Shown: piece by piece, positions 27,493 through 46,558 of the stretch
How the letters are laid out: the number at the start of each line of letters is the position of its first letter
Position numbering within the stretch: position 1 is the stretch's first letter
Origin: Eledone cirrhosa
Lineage: Eukaryota
Assembly: GCA_964016885.1 (NCBI GenBank)
Contig: OZ024751.1
Coordinates: 50,406,001 to 50,470,000 of the forward strand
Length of the DNA stretch: 64,000 nucleotides
Direction: 5' to 3'
Made by a program: the position numbers and the translations under genes
Notes under the pieces: model-generated
The model's database searches: none
Seen by the model: the letters and a program-made list of their open reading frames with translations, nothing else
What the model was told of the DNA's origin: nothing

Positions 27493-29647
27493 ATCATCAT
27501 CATCATCATCATCAGCGTTTAACGTCCGTGTTCCACGCTTGCATGGGTTTGGACGGGGGTAGTCCCACTTGAGGCAAGAGTGATTGTCTTGCTCGCATAG
27601 GACTGTCTGGCAGGTTTTCTACAGTTGGATGCCCTTCCTAACACCAACCACATTTACAGTGTGGGTCTGGGAGGTTTTTACCGTGTTGCCTACACGGCCA
27701 CATTACAGCGTGGACTGTGTGTTTTTTTGTCGTGACACCTACACGATCTCATTTGTTTCGGCCTCGATGGCGCGGCACCAACATAACTTTACATAGAACG
27801 GGGTGGTGTGGATCGGGTGGGGGTGGTGGGACGGGGTGTATTTGTTAGAGATGCCTACTGGCTGGAGTAGGTTTTACTATATATTTAGGTAAGGCGGGTC
27901 TTCTCTGTTACTGAGTACCGCCAAAGGTCTCGGTCCCGTGACATTGTCTTGGAGAGGTGTAAGTGTGTGATGTCGGAGTTTATCAGCTCGTCCCAGGTTT
28001 TTCTAGGTCTGCCTATTCCGTGACTACCGTCTATCTTTATTGCCCTGCACTTTGTTATACAGCTATTGACTTTCATGCGCATCACGTGTCCATACCAACG
28101 TAGCCTTCTCTCGAGTAAACAACATCTGATCCCTCTTATCTCTAATTTATTCCTTAGTTCGTTTATGCTTTGCCGTTCACGTATATTACTGTTACACATC
28201 CAGCGGAGCATGCAAGCTTCGTTCCTCTCTAGTCTGCGTATATCCTCTGCACACAATGCCCAGGTCTCACTGCCATGCAGCATTGCTGTTCGTATGCAGG
28301 CATCGTACAACCTGCCTTTCATTTTTAGTGAGAACCCTTTAGCAGCTAATAGTGGTATAAGCTCTCTGAACTTTTTCCAACCAGTTCTGACTCTAGCTAC
28401 AGTACTTTCAGAGCACCCTCCCCCACTGCTGATTTTATCGCCCAGGTAACGGAAGCTGTCCACTATTTCTATAGAACCCTCTGCGCAATTGAAAGAGCTA
28501 GTAGTTTGTGGGCACTTGCTGCTACTTATTGCACCAGAGCACCGGCCACATGTAAAATCTATGTTCTTAGTTAGCCTACCTGTGATCCCACTACATCTTT
28601 TATGCACCCATACTTTGCATTTAGGACATAAAATGGAGTTTCTACCTACGCCTTTCCTACACACCGAGCACGACCATTTCCCAGAAGGGACCGCCGCCTT
28701 GTTTTCTTTCCTACAAACTAGTACTTTGGTCTTAGCCAGGTTAATTTTAAGTCCTTTTGACTCTAGGCCGTGCTTCCATGTTTGGAATTTCTTCTCTAGC
28801 TCGGCCATTGATTCCGCTATGAGTGTCAGGTCGTCTGCGTATAGGAGTTCCCATGGGCAGCCTGTCTTGAACTCCTCTGTTATGGCCTGAAGGGCAATAA
28901 TAAATAGTAGTGGACTGAGAACAGAGCCCTGATGGACGCCGACTTTTACGCTAAACTCTTCACTATATTCGTTGTTAATTCTAACCTTGCTGACTGTTTC
29001 TTTATACATGGCTTGTATAGCCCTCACAAGCCATTCGTCAACGCCTAGTTTTCTAAGAGCCCACCAGATAATGGAGCGGGGGACTCTGTCGAAGGCTTTC
29101 TCCAAGTCGACAAAAGCTAAGTAGAGGGGTTTACCTTTAGCTAGGTACTTCTCTTGTAGTTGTCGTACTATGAAAAGAGCGTCTGTGGTACTTTTGCCTG
29201 ACACAAACCCGAACTGCATTTCATCTAGGTCAATTCTCTCTCTGATTAGCTGCGCTATTACTCTTTCCGTGACCTTCATGACCTGGTCGATTAATTTAAT
29301 GCCTCTATAGTTACTCCTATCTAGGGCGTCTCCTTTACCCTTATAACAGTTAACGATGATGCTGCTATGCCAGTCCTTCGGAACAACCCCGTTTTGTACG
29401 ACTTGGTTAACTATGCGGGTGACCATGGTGTGTCCCACCGTGCCAGATGCCTTCAGCATCTCAGCAACTATTTCCGAAGGCCCAGCCGCCTTACCAGTCT
29501 TCATATCCTTGATTGCCTTACTTATTATACTCCCCTCGACTAACACTGCTGGTCCCTCTATTGGGTCGATATGGGGGAGACTGCCTTTCTCCCAATTATT
29601 CTCCTCATTTAGAAGCCTTTCATAGTGACACTTCCAAGCTACCTTCT
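27493..29647 (-). mobile_element. Young RTE-clade LINE copy 2 (5'-truncated)
   Basis: Open ORF 27885-29546, 3' UTR and (GAT)n tail; TA on both sides. Confidence 0.96.
27885..29546 (-). CDS. RTE reverse transcriptase with C4HC3 PHD insert (553 aa open frame, endonuclease absent)
   Basis: All RT motifs intact; CSVC...CPKC...HKRC...CGRC. Confidence 0.87.
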   Translation of the reverse strand: MLVEGSIISKAIKDMKTGKAAGPSEIVAEMLKASGTVGHTMVTRIVNQVVQNGVVPKDWHSSIIVNCYKGKGDALDRSNYRGIKLIDQVMKVTERVIAQLIRERIDLDEMQFGFVSGKSTTDALFIVRQLQEKYLAKGKPLYLAFVDLEKAFDRVPRSIIWWALRKLGVDEWLVRAIQAMYKETVSKVRINNEYSEEFSVKVGVHQGSVLSPLLFIIALQAITEEFKTGCPWELLYADDLTLIAESMAELEKKFQTWKHGLESKGLKINLAKTKVLVCRKENKAAVPSGKWSCSVCRKGVGRNSILCPKCKVWVHKRCSGITGRLTKNIDFTCGRCSGAISSSKCPQTTSSFNCAEGSIEIVDSFRYLGDKISSGGGCSESTVARVRTGWKKFRELIPLLAAKGFSLKMKGRLYDACIRTAMLHGSETWALCAEDIRRLERNEACMLRWMCNSNIRERQSINELRNKLEIRGIRCCLLERRLRWYGHVMRMKVNSCITKCRAIKIDGSHGIGRPRKTWDELINSDITHLHLSKTMSRDRDLWRYSVTEKTRLT

Positions 29648-31806
<2,159 letters not shown>

Positions 31807-34100
31807 TTGACGCTATGGATCTCCACAATGCAAACTGGGAAGCGATCAGTCATGATCTTGCACATGTCGACTGGTCCTTCACGCACACTCATACACCCAC
31901 TAACATCAAAAAGTCCTGGCAGACATTTGTGGACACTGTTACAAACATATGTGCAAAACACACCCCATTAAGAACTATAAACAAATCTAAGAGCAGAATC
32001 CCTAGAAATAGAAAAACGCTCATCAGAAAAATTAAGAGAACGAACAAAAAAATCAACAAGCTGAAATACTGTCAGCAGCAACACATCAACTTGACTGCCA
32101 TTTCATCACTAGAGATTAAAAAACATAACCTCCAAAACAACATAATGTCCCTCATCAACAATCAGAGAAGAGCTGAAGAGGCCTGGGCCATTGAGAAGAT
32201 CAAACTCAATACCAAAGTGTTCTTTTCATTTGCAAAAAAACACAAAGTCACTGGCTCTACTGTTGGCCCTCTAATTGATGAAAATGGCACTCTTCAAGAC
32301 AATGCTAAAACCATGGGTGAGATACTGCAGAAACAATACTGCTCTGTTTTCAGCAATCCTGATATGGCCGATCTGGGCTGTATCGGCGATGTTACTCCCC
32401 ATTACACCTTATCGGACATAACGTTTGGCGCCCCTGATGTCTTGGCGGCAATAAAGGAAATCAAGCATAATTCAGCAGTAGGTCCCGATAGGTTCCCTGC
32501 TTGTGTCTTGAAGGCGTGTCAACACCAACTTGCATCTCCTCTTGCCAATCTGTGGCGGAACTCACTGGATGCTGGATATGTGCCAGAAAACCTTCTATCC
32601 CAGTCTGTTGTCCCAGTTTTCAAAAAGGGAAACAAATCCCTTGCCGTGAATTACCGTCCAATCTCACTCACCTCTCATATCATTAAGGTATTTGAGAGAG
32701 TGGTGAGATCACGAATGACCCACTTCCTTGAGAGTAACAATATGCTGAACTCCAACCAGCATGGATTCCGTAATGGAAGGGATTGCCTGACGCAGCTACT
32801 GCATCACTTTGATGACATTTTGAGAGCCTTGGGAGAGGGTTCCAACACTGATGTTATCTACCTTGATTTCAGCAAGGCCTTTGACAGGGTTGATCATAAC
32901 ATTCTACTGAGAAAGCTGTCCAATATTTGTGTCACTGGAAAGCTTCTGCAGTGGATCAAGAGCTTCCTGTCAAACAGAACCCAACATGTTGTAGTTGAGG
33001 GAGTCAAATCAAGCCCAGCCAAAGTCAGTAGTGGGGTCCCACAAGGCACTGTGTTGGGCCCACTTCTCTTCATCATCTATATTAATGACATCACTGACAT
33101 CATCAAACACAGCAACATTAAAATTTTCGCTGATGATTCCAAGCTCCAAAAGGTCATCAATGGTGTGGATGACCGGATAAGCCTTCAGTCAGACCTACTG
33201 GCTGTTACCCAATGGGCAGAAAAGAACAACATGTTACTGAACGAAGACAAATTCGAACTGATCCACTTTGGAAAAGAGGATGCTCTGAAACTCCCGTACT
33301 CCCTTCCCTCCGGGGAAACTCTCGTGGCATCTAACAACATCAGAGACTTGGGAGTAACCGTGGACAGCAACATAAGCTGGACCACGCATATAAGCAGCAA
33401 AGTTGACATGGCCCGCAGAATGTGTTCCTGGATCCTCAGAACCTTCCAGTCGAGAGATTCCCGCACCATTATCCTTCTCTTCTCTACTTTCGCCCGACCA
33501 CACCTTGAATACTGTTGTCCACTGTGGTCTCCCCACATGAAACAAAGTATCATGAAACTTGAAGCTCCTCAAAGGGCAATCACGAAAAAGATAGATGGCA
33601 TGTCAGACCTTGACTACTGGGGTCGATTAGAAAACCTGAAACTTTACTCACTCCAACGTCGCCGTGAGCGTTATATTATCTGCATGATGTGGAAAATGTT
33701 CCATCATCACTGCCCAAATGATGTTGGCATCGCCTTCAAGATACACCCAAGGCTTGGGCCCCGTGCTATCCGTCCCATTCAAAAATCTAAATCGCAACTC
33801 ATAACAACAATACGGCACAATTATTTCACCTCAATCGGCCCTGCTCTCTTCAACATCACACCAGGACACGTCAAAACAGAAACTGACCACACAAAATTCA
33901 AGAAGTCTTTGGACAAATTCCTCCAAGTAATCCCGGACAAACCACCCACACCCGGATATGTCTCCGCAAACAGTAATTCTCTTCTCGAATGGGCCATGGT
34001 GCCCAAATCCTGAATTGAAAGACTTCGCCAGGTGGTGCTATTAAGTTAGACATGGCCTGGGCCAATACTGGCCAAAACATTTCAAAGTTATTCAAAGTTA
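31807..34100 (+). mobile_element. CR1-group LINE, 5'-truncated, uninterrupted ORF2 (linker and RT), short 3' UTR and (TTCAAAGTTA)2 tail
   Basis: [43 protein letters not shown] and RPHLEYC..WSP motifs; stop at 34013. Confidence 0.95.
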
Positions 34101-34492
34101 TATGTATGTATCTATATATATATGTATTTATCTATATATATATATGTATATATATATGTATGTATCTATATACATATATATATGTATGTATCTATATATA
34201 TGTACGTATATATATATATTTATATGCATATATATGTATGTATATATATGTATGTATGTGTATATATATATATGTATGTGTATATATATATATATGTATG
34301 TATATATATATATATATGTATGTATGTGTATATATATATATATATGTATGTATATATATATATATGTATGTGTATATATATATATATATATGTATGTATA
34401 TATATATATATGTATATATATGTATGTATGTATATATATATATATGTATATATATGTATGTATGTGTATATATATATATATATATATGTATG

Positions 34493-34523
<31 letters not shown>

Positions 34524-34569
34524 GTATGTATGTGTATATATATATATATATATATGTATGTATATATAT

Positions 34570-34628
<59 letters not shown>

Positions 34629-34769
34629 TGTATGTATATATGTATGTATATATATATGTATGTATATATATATATGTATGTATATATGTATGTATATATA
34701 TATATGTATATATATCTATGTATGTATATATATATATCTATGTATGTATATATATATATCTATGTATGT

Positions 34770-34803
<34 letters not shown>

Positions 34804-35068
34804 GTCTATATATATATGTATGTATATATATATATGTATGTATATATATATATGTATATATATATGTATGTATGTATATATATATATATGTATGTATATA
34901 TATATATGTATGTATATATATATATGTATGTATATATATATGTATGTATGTATATATATATATGTATGTATATATGTATGTATATATATATATGTATGTA
35001 TATATATATGTATGTATGTATATATATATATGTATGTATATATGTATGTATATATATATATATATATG

Positions 35069-35100
<32 letters not shown>

Positions 35101-35139
35101 GATTATATATATATATGTATGTATATATATATATATATG

Positions 35140-35191
<52 letters not shown>

Positions 35192-35347
35192 TATGTATGT
35201 ATATATATATGTGTATATATATATATATGTATATATATATATGTATGTATATATATATGTGTATATATATATATATGTATGTATATATATATGTATGTAT
35301 ATATATATGTATGTATATATATATGTATGTATATATATATATGTATG

Positions 35348-35379
<32 letters not shown>

Positions 35380-35524
35380 TGTATGTATATATGTGTGTAT
35401 ATGTATATATATATGTGTGTATATGTAATATATATATGTGTATATATGTATGTATATATATATGTATATATGTATGTATATATGTATGTTATATTATATA
35501 TATGTATATATGTATGTATATATG
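34101..35524. repeat. (TA)n/(TATG)n array
   Basis: Directly visible. Confidence 0.97.
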
Positions 35525-35877
35525 TATCATCATTTCATCATTTCATTTTACGTCCGCTTTTTCCCTGCTTGCAAGGGGTGGGACTGGAACTGATTCTGGC
35601 TTGATTTCTACAGCTGGATGCCCTTCCTAACACCAACCTCATTTACAGTGAGTGCTGGGGTGCTTTTTTTTTGCCGTGGCACCTCCACGACCACTTTGCA
35701 GTGGAATGATATGGACCCCCAGTCCCTATCATCTCATTTCTACAGCTGAGTAAACTGGAGCAATGTGAAATAAAGTGTCTTGCTCAAGGAAAACAACACA
35801 TCACCCGGTCTGAGAATTGAACTCACAACCTTTCGATTGCAAGGCCAATGCTCTAACCACTGAGCCATGTGCCTCCA
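35525..35877 (-). mobile_element. Full-length tRNA-derived SINE with RTE-type tail
   Basis: Minus strand: A box TGGCTCAGTGG, B box GAGTTCAATTC, body ccttgagcaagacacttt, shared ggttggtgttaggaagggcatccagctgtagaaa motif, tail ggacgtaaaatg..gatgat. Confidence 0.9.
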
Positions 35878-36010
35878 TGTATATATATAATGTATGTATA
35901 TGTATATGTATATAATATATGTATGTATAGTATATATATTTATATGTATGTATATGTATATGTATATATATATATAGTATGTATATATATATGTATGTTA
36001 TATATATATG

Positions 36011-36041
<31 letters not shown>

Positions 36042-36068
36042 ATATATATATATATATGTGTATGTATG

Positions 36069-36128
<60 letters not shown>

Positions 36129-36195
36129 GTATGTATATATATATATGTATATATATGTATTGTATATATATATATATATATGTATATATATGTAT

Positions 36196-36228
<33 letters not shown>

Positions 36229-36899
36229 ATGTATGTATATATAATATATATGTATGTATATATGTATATATATATATATATGTATGTATATATGTATATA
36301 TGTATATATATGTATATATGTATATATATATATTATATGTATATATATATATATATGTTATATTATATATATATATATATATGTATATCTATATATATAT
36401 CTATGTATGTATATATATATATATGTATATCTATATATATATCTATGTATGTATATGTATATATATATATATGTATATCTATATATATATCTATGTATGT
36501 ATATATATATATCTATGTATGTATATCTATATATATATCTATGTATGTATATATATATATCTATGTATGTATATATATATATAATATCTATGTATGTATA
36601 TATATATATATATATCTATGTATGTATATATATATGTATGTATGTATATATATCTTATATCTATGTATGTATATATATATATGTATGTATGTATATATAT
36701 ATATATATCTATGTATGTATATATATATATGTATGTATGTATATATATATATATATGTATGTATGTATATATATATATATATCTATGTATGTATATATAT
36801 ATATATATCTATGTATGTATATATATATATATGTATATATATATATGTATATATATATGTATATATATATATGTATGTATATATATGTATATATATATA

Positions 36900-36930
<31 letters not shown>

Positions 36931-36968
36931 ATGTATATATATATATGAATATATATATATATATGTGT

Positions 36969-37384
36969 GTATGTATACGTACATACATATATGTATACAG
37001 ACGTACTGTAGCATGCATTATATATATATATATATATACATACAGGTACACATATATATATGTACGTATCAGTTTAGCGAACGTTTATTATAACGCCCGC
37101 TTTGTTTGTTTGTAAAGTATATACTTTCGAACGTTCAACTATCTGGCAGAAGGGTATACGGTGCTGATGATAGCTAACAAGCTTGAAACTAGTACATCGT
37201 TCCTGTGTCAGTGTTGAACAAAAACGTAACGTGGTTGCCTTAACACCGTATGGCATAAATTCTGGCTGTTCGCTTGTTTACAAACGAACAAAGCGGGCGT
37301 TATAATAAACGTTCGCTAAACTGATACGTACATATATATATGTGTACCTGTATGTATATATATATATATTATATATATATATAA

Positions 37385-37420
<36 letters not shown>

Positions 37421-37468
37421 TGCTACTGTACGTCGTGTATACATATATGTATGTACGTATACATACAT
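36969..37468. repeat. Fold-back element: long imperfect inverted arms around a 160-bp spacer
   Basis: 37039-37116 is the near-perfect reverse complement of 37277-37354; outer arms also pair. Confidence 0.9.
37158..37200 (+). ncRNA. Minimal type I hammerhead ribozyme
   Basis: acggtg CTGATGA t agct-aaca-agct t GAAAC ta GTA catcgt; stem I 6 bp (one G-U), palindromic ACTAGT stem III; U-U at the base of stem II. Confidence 0.8.
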
Positions 37469-37578
37469 ACTTACATTTAAGTAAGTGCCGTACTAAGAGT
37501 GAGAAATGAAATTTTGTTTCATTATATTACAACTGATATATATATATGTATATATATCTATGTATATATATATATATG

Positions 37579-37630
<52 letters not shown>

Positions 37631-37747
37631 TATGTATATAGATGTATGTAGTATATATATGTATGTATATATATATATGTATAATATATGTATGTATATA
37701 TATATATGTATATATATATATGTATATATATGTATATATATAATATG

Positions 37748-37780
<33 letters not shown>

Positions 37781-37851
37781 CTATGTATTATATAATATAT
37801 ATATATATGTATATATATCTATGTATGTATATATATGTATATATATGTATG

Positions 37852-37884
<33 letters not shown>

Positions 37885-37901
37885 ATATATATATGTATAT
37901 G

Positions 37902-37933
<32 letters not shown>

Positions 37934-37994
37934 TATATATATGTATATATATGTATATATATAGTATATATGTATGTATATATATGTATGTATG

Positions 37995-38025
<31 letters not shown>

Positions 38026-38150
38026 CTATGTATGTATATATATATATATATGTATATGTATGTATATATATATATATATGTATATATATGTATGTATATA
38101 TACTATATATATATACATATATATATATATATGTATATATATATATGTAC

Positions 38151-38182
<32 letters not shown>

Positions 38183-38226
38183 GTATATATATATATGTAC
38201 ATATATATATATATATGTACATATAT

Positions 38227-38258
<32 letters not shown>

Positions 38259-38334
38259 GTACATATATATATATGTATATATATATATGTATATATATAT
38301 ATGTATATGTATATATATATATGTACATAAATAT

Positions 38335-40376
38335 AAGAACTCAAAAGATGGTTAAAGGAGTTCCATGTATTTTATTATGCGCCATTTCAAAAACAAACAT
38401 CATCATGCAATAACATTTGTGTTTTCATCAGATAAAACAGGAGGAACATGATATGAAGGCTAAAAAACACTTGTGGATAGTGCAGTTTTAAATCAACATA
38501 TGAAAAGTGATTTTAGATTGATGTGTGATATTGGGAAAAAAATATTTTATTTAGAGAGGGGGAGGGGTGGAAAGGATGAAAAGGAAGGAGATGAGAGGGA
38601 GAGATGGGTGATAGAGAGAAAGAGATAGTTTTTTATAACTGAGAGGAGATATATTTTTTTACATAGAGAGGTTGGAAAACCGTTGGAAGATACTGTATAA
38701 ATTAAAAATTTTGAAAATTACGAAGGGAGGATATGTGCGAGGAAAAAAAAATATTTTATTTAGGGAGGGGGGGGGGCAGGATGAAAAAAAGGGGTAGGGA
38801 GATGAGAGTGAAGGTGGAGAGGGAGAGATGGGTGATAGAGAGAAAGAGATAGTTTTTATAACTGAGAAAAAGATATATTGTTTTAACATAGAGAGGTTGG
38901 GAACCGTTGGAAGACAATGTATAAATTAAAGGAATTTGAAAATTAACGAAGGGAAATTATGTATGAAGATAGAGAGAAAAAAATAATAATTGTGGATGAA
39001 TATTCTAACGTCAAAAAAAGAAATGTATGTATTGTGACAATTTCAAAATTAACGAAGAGAAAAATTATTAAGGTTTGTGTGTAGAAGGATTTGAGAAAAA
39101 TAATGTGAAGTTAAAGTTTGTATATTGATTGAATTGATAATATATGCGAATAAAGAGTTAATATGTATTAATAATGAGTTTGTTGATGGGGAGAAAAAAA
39201 TAATAAATTAAGGATGAAATTGAGATTAAAAAGATTTATGATAGAGAGAAAAATAATTTATGATAGAGAGAAAAAATAATAATGATTGCGGATGAATATT
39301 CTAACGTCAAAAAACAATAAATGTATATGTTATGATTTTACAAGGTGAAGATAGAATGAGGGTAATGAGTAAAACAAGTATTATAGAGTGTATAATGCCC
39401 TTTAAAGTAAGGTAGATGGGTATATTTTAAAGAGGTGTATGTATATGTGCCTTTGAGAAAAGATTCTAAATTGATGAAGAATTGAATATTAACTGTATAC
39501 TTTGTGAAAAGTTCTATGGAATTTAGCAGAGCAAATCTGTGCGTCTATTTATTATAGAATCTAGGTTAGAGATAATGGTAAATTTTTCATTTAGGCAGAG
39601 ATTACAGATTTTAGATAGAGAGCTGTTCAAGTATGTGGATGCAGAAGAAATCTTCTTCCAAAAGATGGTATATTTAATGTTTTTGTCTTTTAAGGACCAT
39701 ATGAGTTCTGAGAGAGCAGTGTTAGTTCTTTTAAGTTTGTATTTGAAAGATGAATGATGATTATAGAGACGAGCTTTAAAAGAGGTGGAAGTGGAGCCAA
39801 AATAGGTGAAGGGAATTGGTGCTAGTTATAATTTTACATTCATAAATTAAGCTTTTATCGAGACAATGGTTGTTGAGAGGACATTTATTTTTAATGCGCA
39901 GTTGCAATTAGAGAGATTATTAATGAAGTGATCTAGTGTTCATCTATAGAAGGAATTGGATTGGAGAAGTTTTTTGCGATAGGAATAATAGGAATAATAG
40001 TTTCTTGATTTAGAGTTGGATTATGAACATTTAGCGAAGTTGTGTTTGACGTATTTGGGTTTACAGAAGTTAGCCTAGGGTTTACAATGACGTCGGGAGT
40101 ACTATTACTGTTATTATGAAATTCAATATTGGAAGGAAGAGATTTAGTATTTAGTATTTTATTGTTGTGTTTAGAGATGATGTTGGAAATATTGGAGGAT
40201 GTAGAATACGAAAATTTGATGGTGTGTTTGTTAAATATTTTACTATAGATATGTGAGGGAGGGAAGCATTTATTTAAGGCACTAAAAAATAATTTAGGAA
40301 TATTGTTATTAATAGAGATGGAGAAAGGGGCATTATACCAGATTAAGTTTTTGTATCTAGGTCTCGATAAAAACTT
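38335..40376 (-). mobile_element. Penelope-like element 3' part (RT C-terminus/linker, GIY-YIG endonuclease, pLTR), degraded
   Basis: Manual minus-strand translation: LIWYNAPFS...NKCFPPSHIYSKIFNKHTIKFSYS; CNC..KCPLNNHCL..LIY..YFGSTSTSFKARLYNHHSSF..TALSELIWSLK..CNLCLNEK; frameshifts. Confidence 0.88.
38370..38437 (-). ncRNA. Type I hammerhead ribozyme in the Penelope 3' region
   Basis: Minus strand: ttttat CTGATGA [long stem II] GAAA tggcgc ATA ataaaa. Confidence 0.78.
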
Positions 40377-40613
40377 AATTTATGTATCTATATGTATATA
40401 TTTTTGTATCTATATGTATATATATATTTTTGTATCTATATGTATATATATATATATTTAGTGTACATATATATATATGTATATATATATATGTACTATA
40501 TATATATGTATATATATATGTATATATAATGTATATATATATGTATATATATGTACATATATATATATGTATATATATATATGTATATATATATATGTAC
40601 ATATATATATATG

Positions 40614-40644
<31 letters not shown>

Positions 40645-40676
40645 GTACATACATATATATGTATATATATATATAT

Positions 40677-40810
40677 GCATCCAACTGTAGAAAACCCGTC
40701 AGACAGTCCTATGCGAGCAAGACAACTACTCTTGCCTCAAGTGGGAAAACCCCCGTCCAAACCCATGCAAGCGTGGAACACGACGCTAAACCTGATGATG
40801 ATGATGATGA
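40677..40810 (+). mobile_element. Short RTE 3'-end insertion
   Basis: Matches about 54005-54138 with (GAT)n tail. Confidence 0.9.
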
Positions 40811-43439
<2,629 letters not shown>

Positions 43440-43512
43440 CTCTTTTACTCTTTTTACCTGTTTCAGCCATCCGGCTGAGGCCATGCTGGGGCACCGCCCT
43501 TGTTGCTACACA

Positions 43513-46500
43513 TTATCTCCAGCCTGTATAGGTTGGCCACTGGTGTAGGAGGGAGTTTGTTGCTGCTGCCCTTAGGTTTCCCTCGTGTCTTGCTGTGGGC
43601 TCATCCGGGATCCTGGATAACAAGGTGTCGAGATGTTTCTTAAAGACATCCACCTCCACGTCGTGCAAGTCTCGCAGATGCCTCGGCAGCCTGTTGAAGA
43701 GTTGAGGTCCCTTGAATCCCAGGCTATTGCAATACCTGCTCCTTATTCTAGATGTGGAAGACGGGGACCTTTGGCACCACACAGTGACGTCCTGTTCGAC
43801 GGTTGGTCCAGCTCCCAATGCCAAAGTTTGGTGCTAGTCCCTCCAGGATTTTCCACATGTAGATCACTGCGTATCTCTCCCGTCTTCGCTCCAAGGAGTA
43901 GAGGCTCAGTTCCCTCAGCCTCTCCCAGTAAGCTTGTCTCCCTCATCCCGGCAATCCTCTTGGTGTAGCTTCGCTGGATTGCCTCAAGCTCTGTGGTTAG
44001 TCCGACACTATGGGGTGACCACAGCTGGGAGCAGTAGTCCAGGCGGCTTAGGACAAAAGTCCTCCACAGTGTCAACATGGTGTCTCGATCTCTGTAAGGA
44101 AAGTCCTCAAGATCCAGCCAGCGAATCGTCTACATGCTGTCGCCACCTTCATGATGTGTGAAGAAAAAGATGCATCATCGCTCATGTCTATGCCCAGGTC
44201 TCGTATCGATTTGACACGGGGATATCGGTCCCTCCTGGTCCTGTGTAGCTGTGTCCGCTATATTTGTGTTTGTGTTTGCAGGTTTGTATTGTAGGGCTTG
44301 GAATTTGCCAGCATTAAACTGCATGTTGTTTTCTTCCGCCCATCTGTATATGGCATCCAGATCTGCTGTAAGAGGGCAGCGTCAGCCGGGTTTTTGATTG
44401 CCTGTGCTACCTTAGTGTCATCAGCATAGCTAGTGAGGGATGTTGTTGCATGCACCACAGAGGGCATGTCCGAGAGAGCCACCAAAAACAGTAGTGGTCC
44501 CAGGACTGTCCCCTGAGGCACCCCACTTGTTATCGGTGTTTCCCTCGAGAGGGCCCCATTTGCTGCGACTGCCTGGCTTCTGTCCCTTAAGAAGCCATGC
44601 AGCCACTCACCTACTTTTCCAGTTATGCCGAGTCCGTGTAGTTTGTGACATATCATTCCGTGGTCGACCTTGTCAAAGGCCTTCGCAAAGTCAAGATATA
44701 TCACGTCTACATGTGAGCTGTCTAGTAGTTGTCTCAGTACCCAGTCGTAGTGATGTAGCAGCTGTGTAAGGCAGCTTCTTCCTGGGCGGAAGCCATGTTG
44801 CGTGCTAGTCAGGCGGTCATTTTCTTCGAGGAAAGTGATTAGCTTCTTTCTGACGACTCGCTCCATGACCTTACTGATATGCGACGTCAGGGAGACTGGC
44901 CTATAGTTCTTGGCCTCCGCTCTACTACCTCCTTTATGGATAGGGCATATTGTGCCTTCTTTCAGCTCCCCGGGTAGTACACCGCTAGCCAAGGAGCTTC
45001 TGAAGAGCATCTTCAGTGGAGTTGCTAAGGCCCGCTTACATATTTTTAGGAGAACTGCTGGGAATCCATCAGGTCCAGCAGCCGAGTCTGTTCTAATTTC
45101 ATCAATGGCGTACACCACATCCTCCTCCGTTATGTCTATGTGGTTGATGGTTGCCATTTCTTGATGTAGTGTTGTGGCATCAAAGAACTCCTCTGGCTTC
45201 GTTATTTGCATGTGCCTCAGTGGACATGTGAAGACACTTTTGTACTGTTCGTTCAGTATTTCACATATCTCTTGGGGATTTTCGGTTAATGAACCGTCCG
45301 TGTGGAAGAGTGGTCCAATCTTGCAGTGTACTGAGGCAGTTTCTTTTGCAAATTTAAAGAAGGCCTTAGGGTTTGTTTTAATGTTTTCTATGGCCCTGTT
45401 CTCTTTCCTTGCCCTCTCATTCTCATGTGAAAGCTTGAGTGCAATCTCGGTGTCAAGTAGTGCACGTTTCAAATAGGATTCCTTCTTGTTTTGGTTTTGT
45501 TGACTATTCAACTGGTTTGAGAGTTTAGTTCTACGTCTCATAAGGATTTTCCTATCTCTGGGAATAAGATTTTTGTGTCTGTTTGCCTCTTTCTCCGGGA
45601 CACACTTTTTGCATATGGTGTGTATCGTTGTCATGAAGTGTTGAAATTGTGTGTTAGTGTCTTGTGTGGCGAAGTTTGCACTCCATGTTTGCTTCCGGAT
45701 TTCACTCTTAATCCTCTTCCAGTCAGCCCCGTAGAAGTTAAGGCTGGATAGCGTCCCGGAGCTTCTTGGTGGTTTTGTCTCTGTTGGTTCTCTTGGACCA
45801 CATATCATTAGCTCTACCAAGTTATGATCCGAGAGAATTGTTGGTGTCACTTTTACATTGTGGATGAGCACTTCGTTGTTTGTAAAACAGAGGTCCAGGA
45901 CATTTTCGCCTCTTGTTGGGAGGAGTATTGCTTGCTCCATGAACAGCCTGTGTGTGAGGGCCAGCAGGGATTCCGTCTGTCTCTGTTCTTGTTCTATTGA
46001 CGTCATTCCAGGGAGGAGGTGGCCCTCAGGCCATTTGACCTTTGGTAGGTTGAAGTCTCCCAGCAGTAGGATGTTGAGACCCTGGTCCAGTTTGTCAAGG
46101 ACCTCTTCTATCCTACTTAGGCTATCCTCAAATTTACCCTCATGACTGGGGGCATCGGGCGGCCGATATGTGACACATATTACCGTCTGTAGTTGCTTCA
46201 TATGTATTATCAGTGTGTCACAGACTGAGTTTGAATGTGTCAACAGTACAATTGGTGTGACATCTTCACGGATATACAGAGCAACCCCACCATGAGTTCT
46301 CTCCTTCCTGTCCGAACGAAATACAGTATATTTCGGTATATGTATTTCTGCATCTGCTATACTGCTTGTCAGGTGCGTTTCGGTTAGTGCCATGCATAGT
46401 GCTTGATTGCTTATGGCTAAGTCTCCCAGGTAGGAAATTTTACTCATGTTGCTGAGTTTCACCAGGCCCCTGACATTCAGCAGCAGCACTGGTGTGACTT

Positions 46501-46558
46501 TTGGGGTGCCAGTAATGGCTGTCGGTATGACACCTGGTCTGGTGTCAGCGGCGGCCAC
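43513..46558 (-). pseudogene. LINE ORF2 (AP endonuclease and reverse transcriptase), disrupted after YADD
   Basis: LNVRGL, LTETHL, GGVALY, YRPP, GDFN, LDL and SDH (APE); YADD (RT); frame breaks downstream. Confidence 0.9.

Noticed and set aside
35800-35877. tRNA gene
   Set aside because: The A/B boxes belong to a SINE head continuous with a SINE body and tail; no complete cloverleaf.
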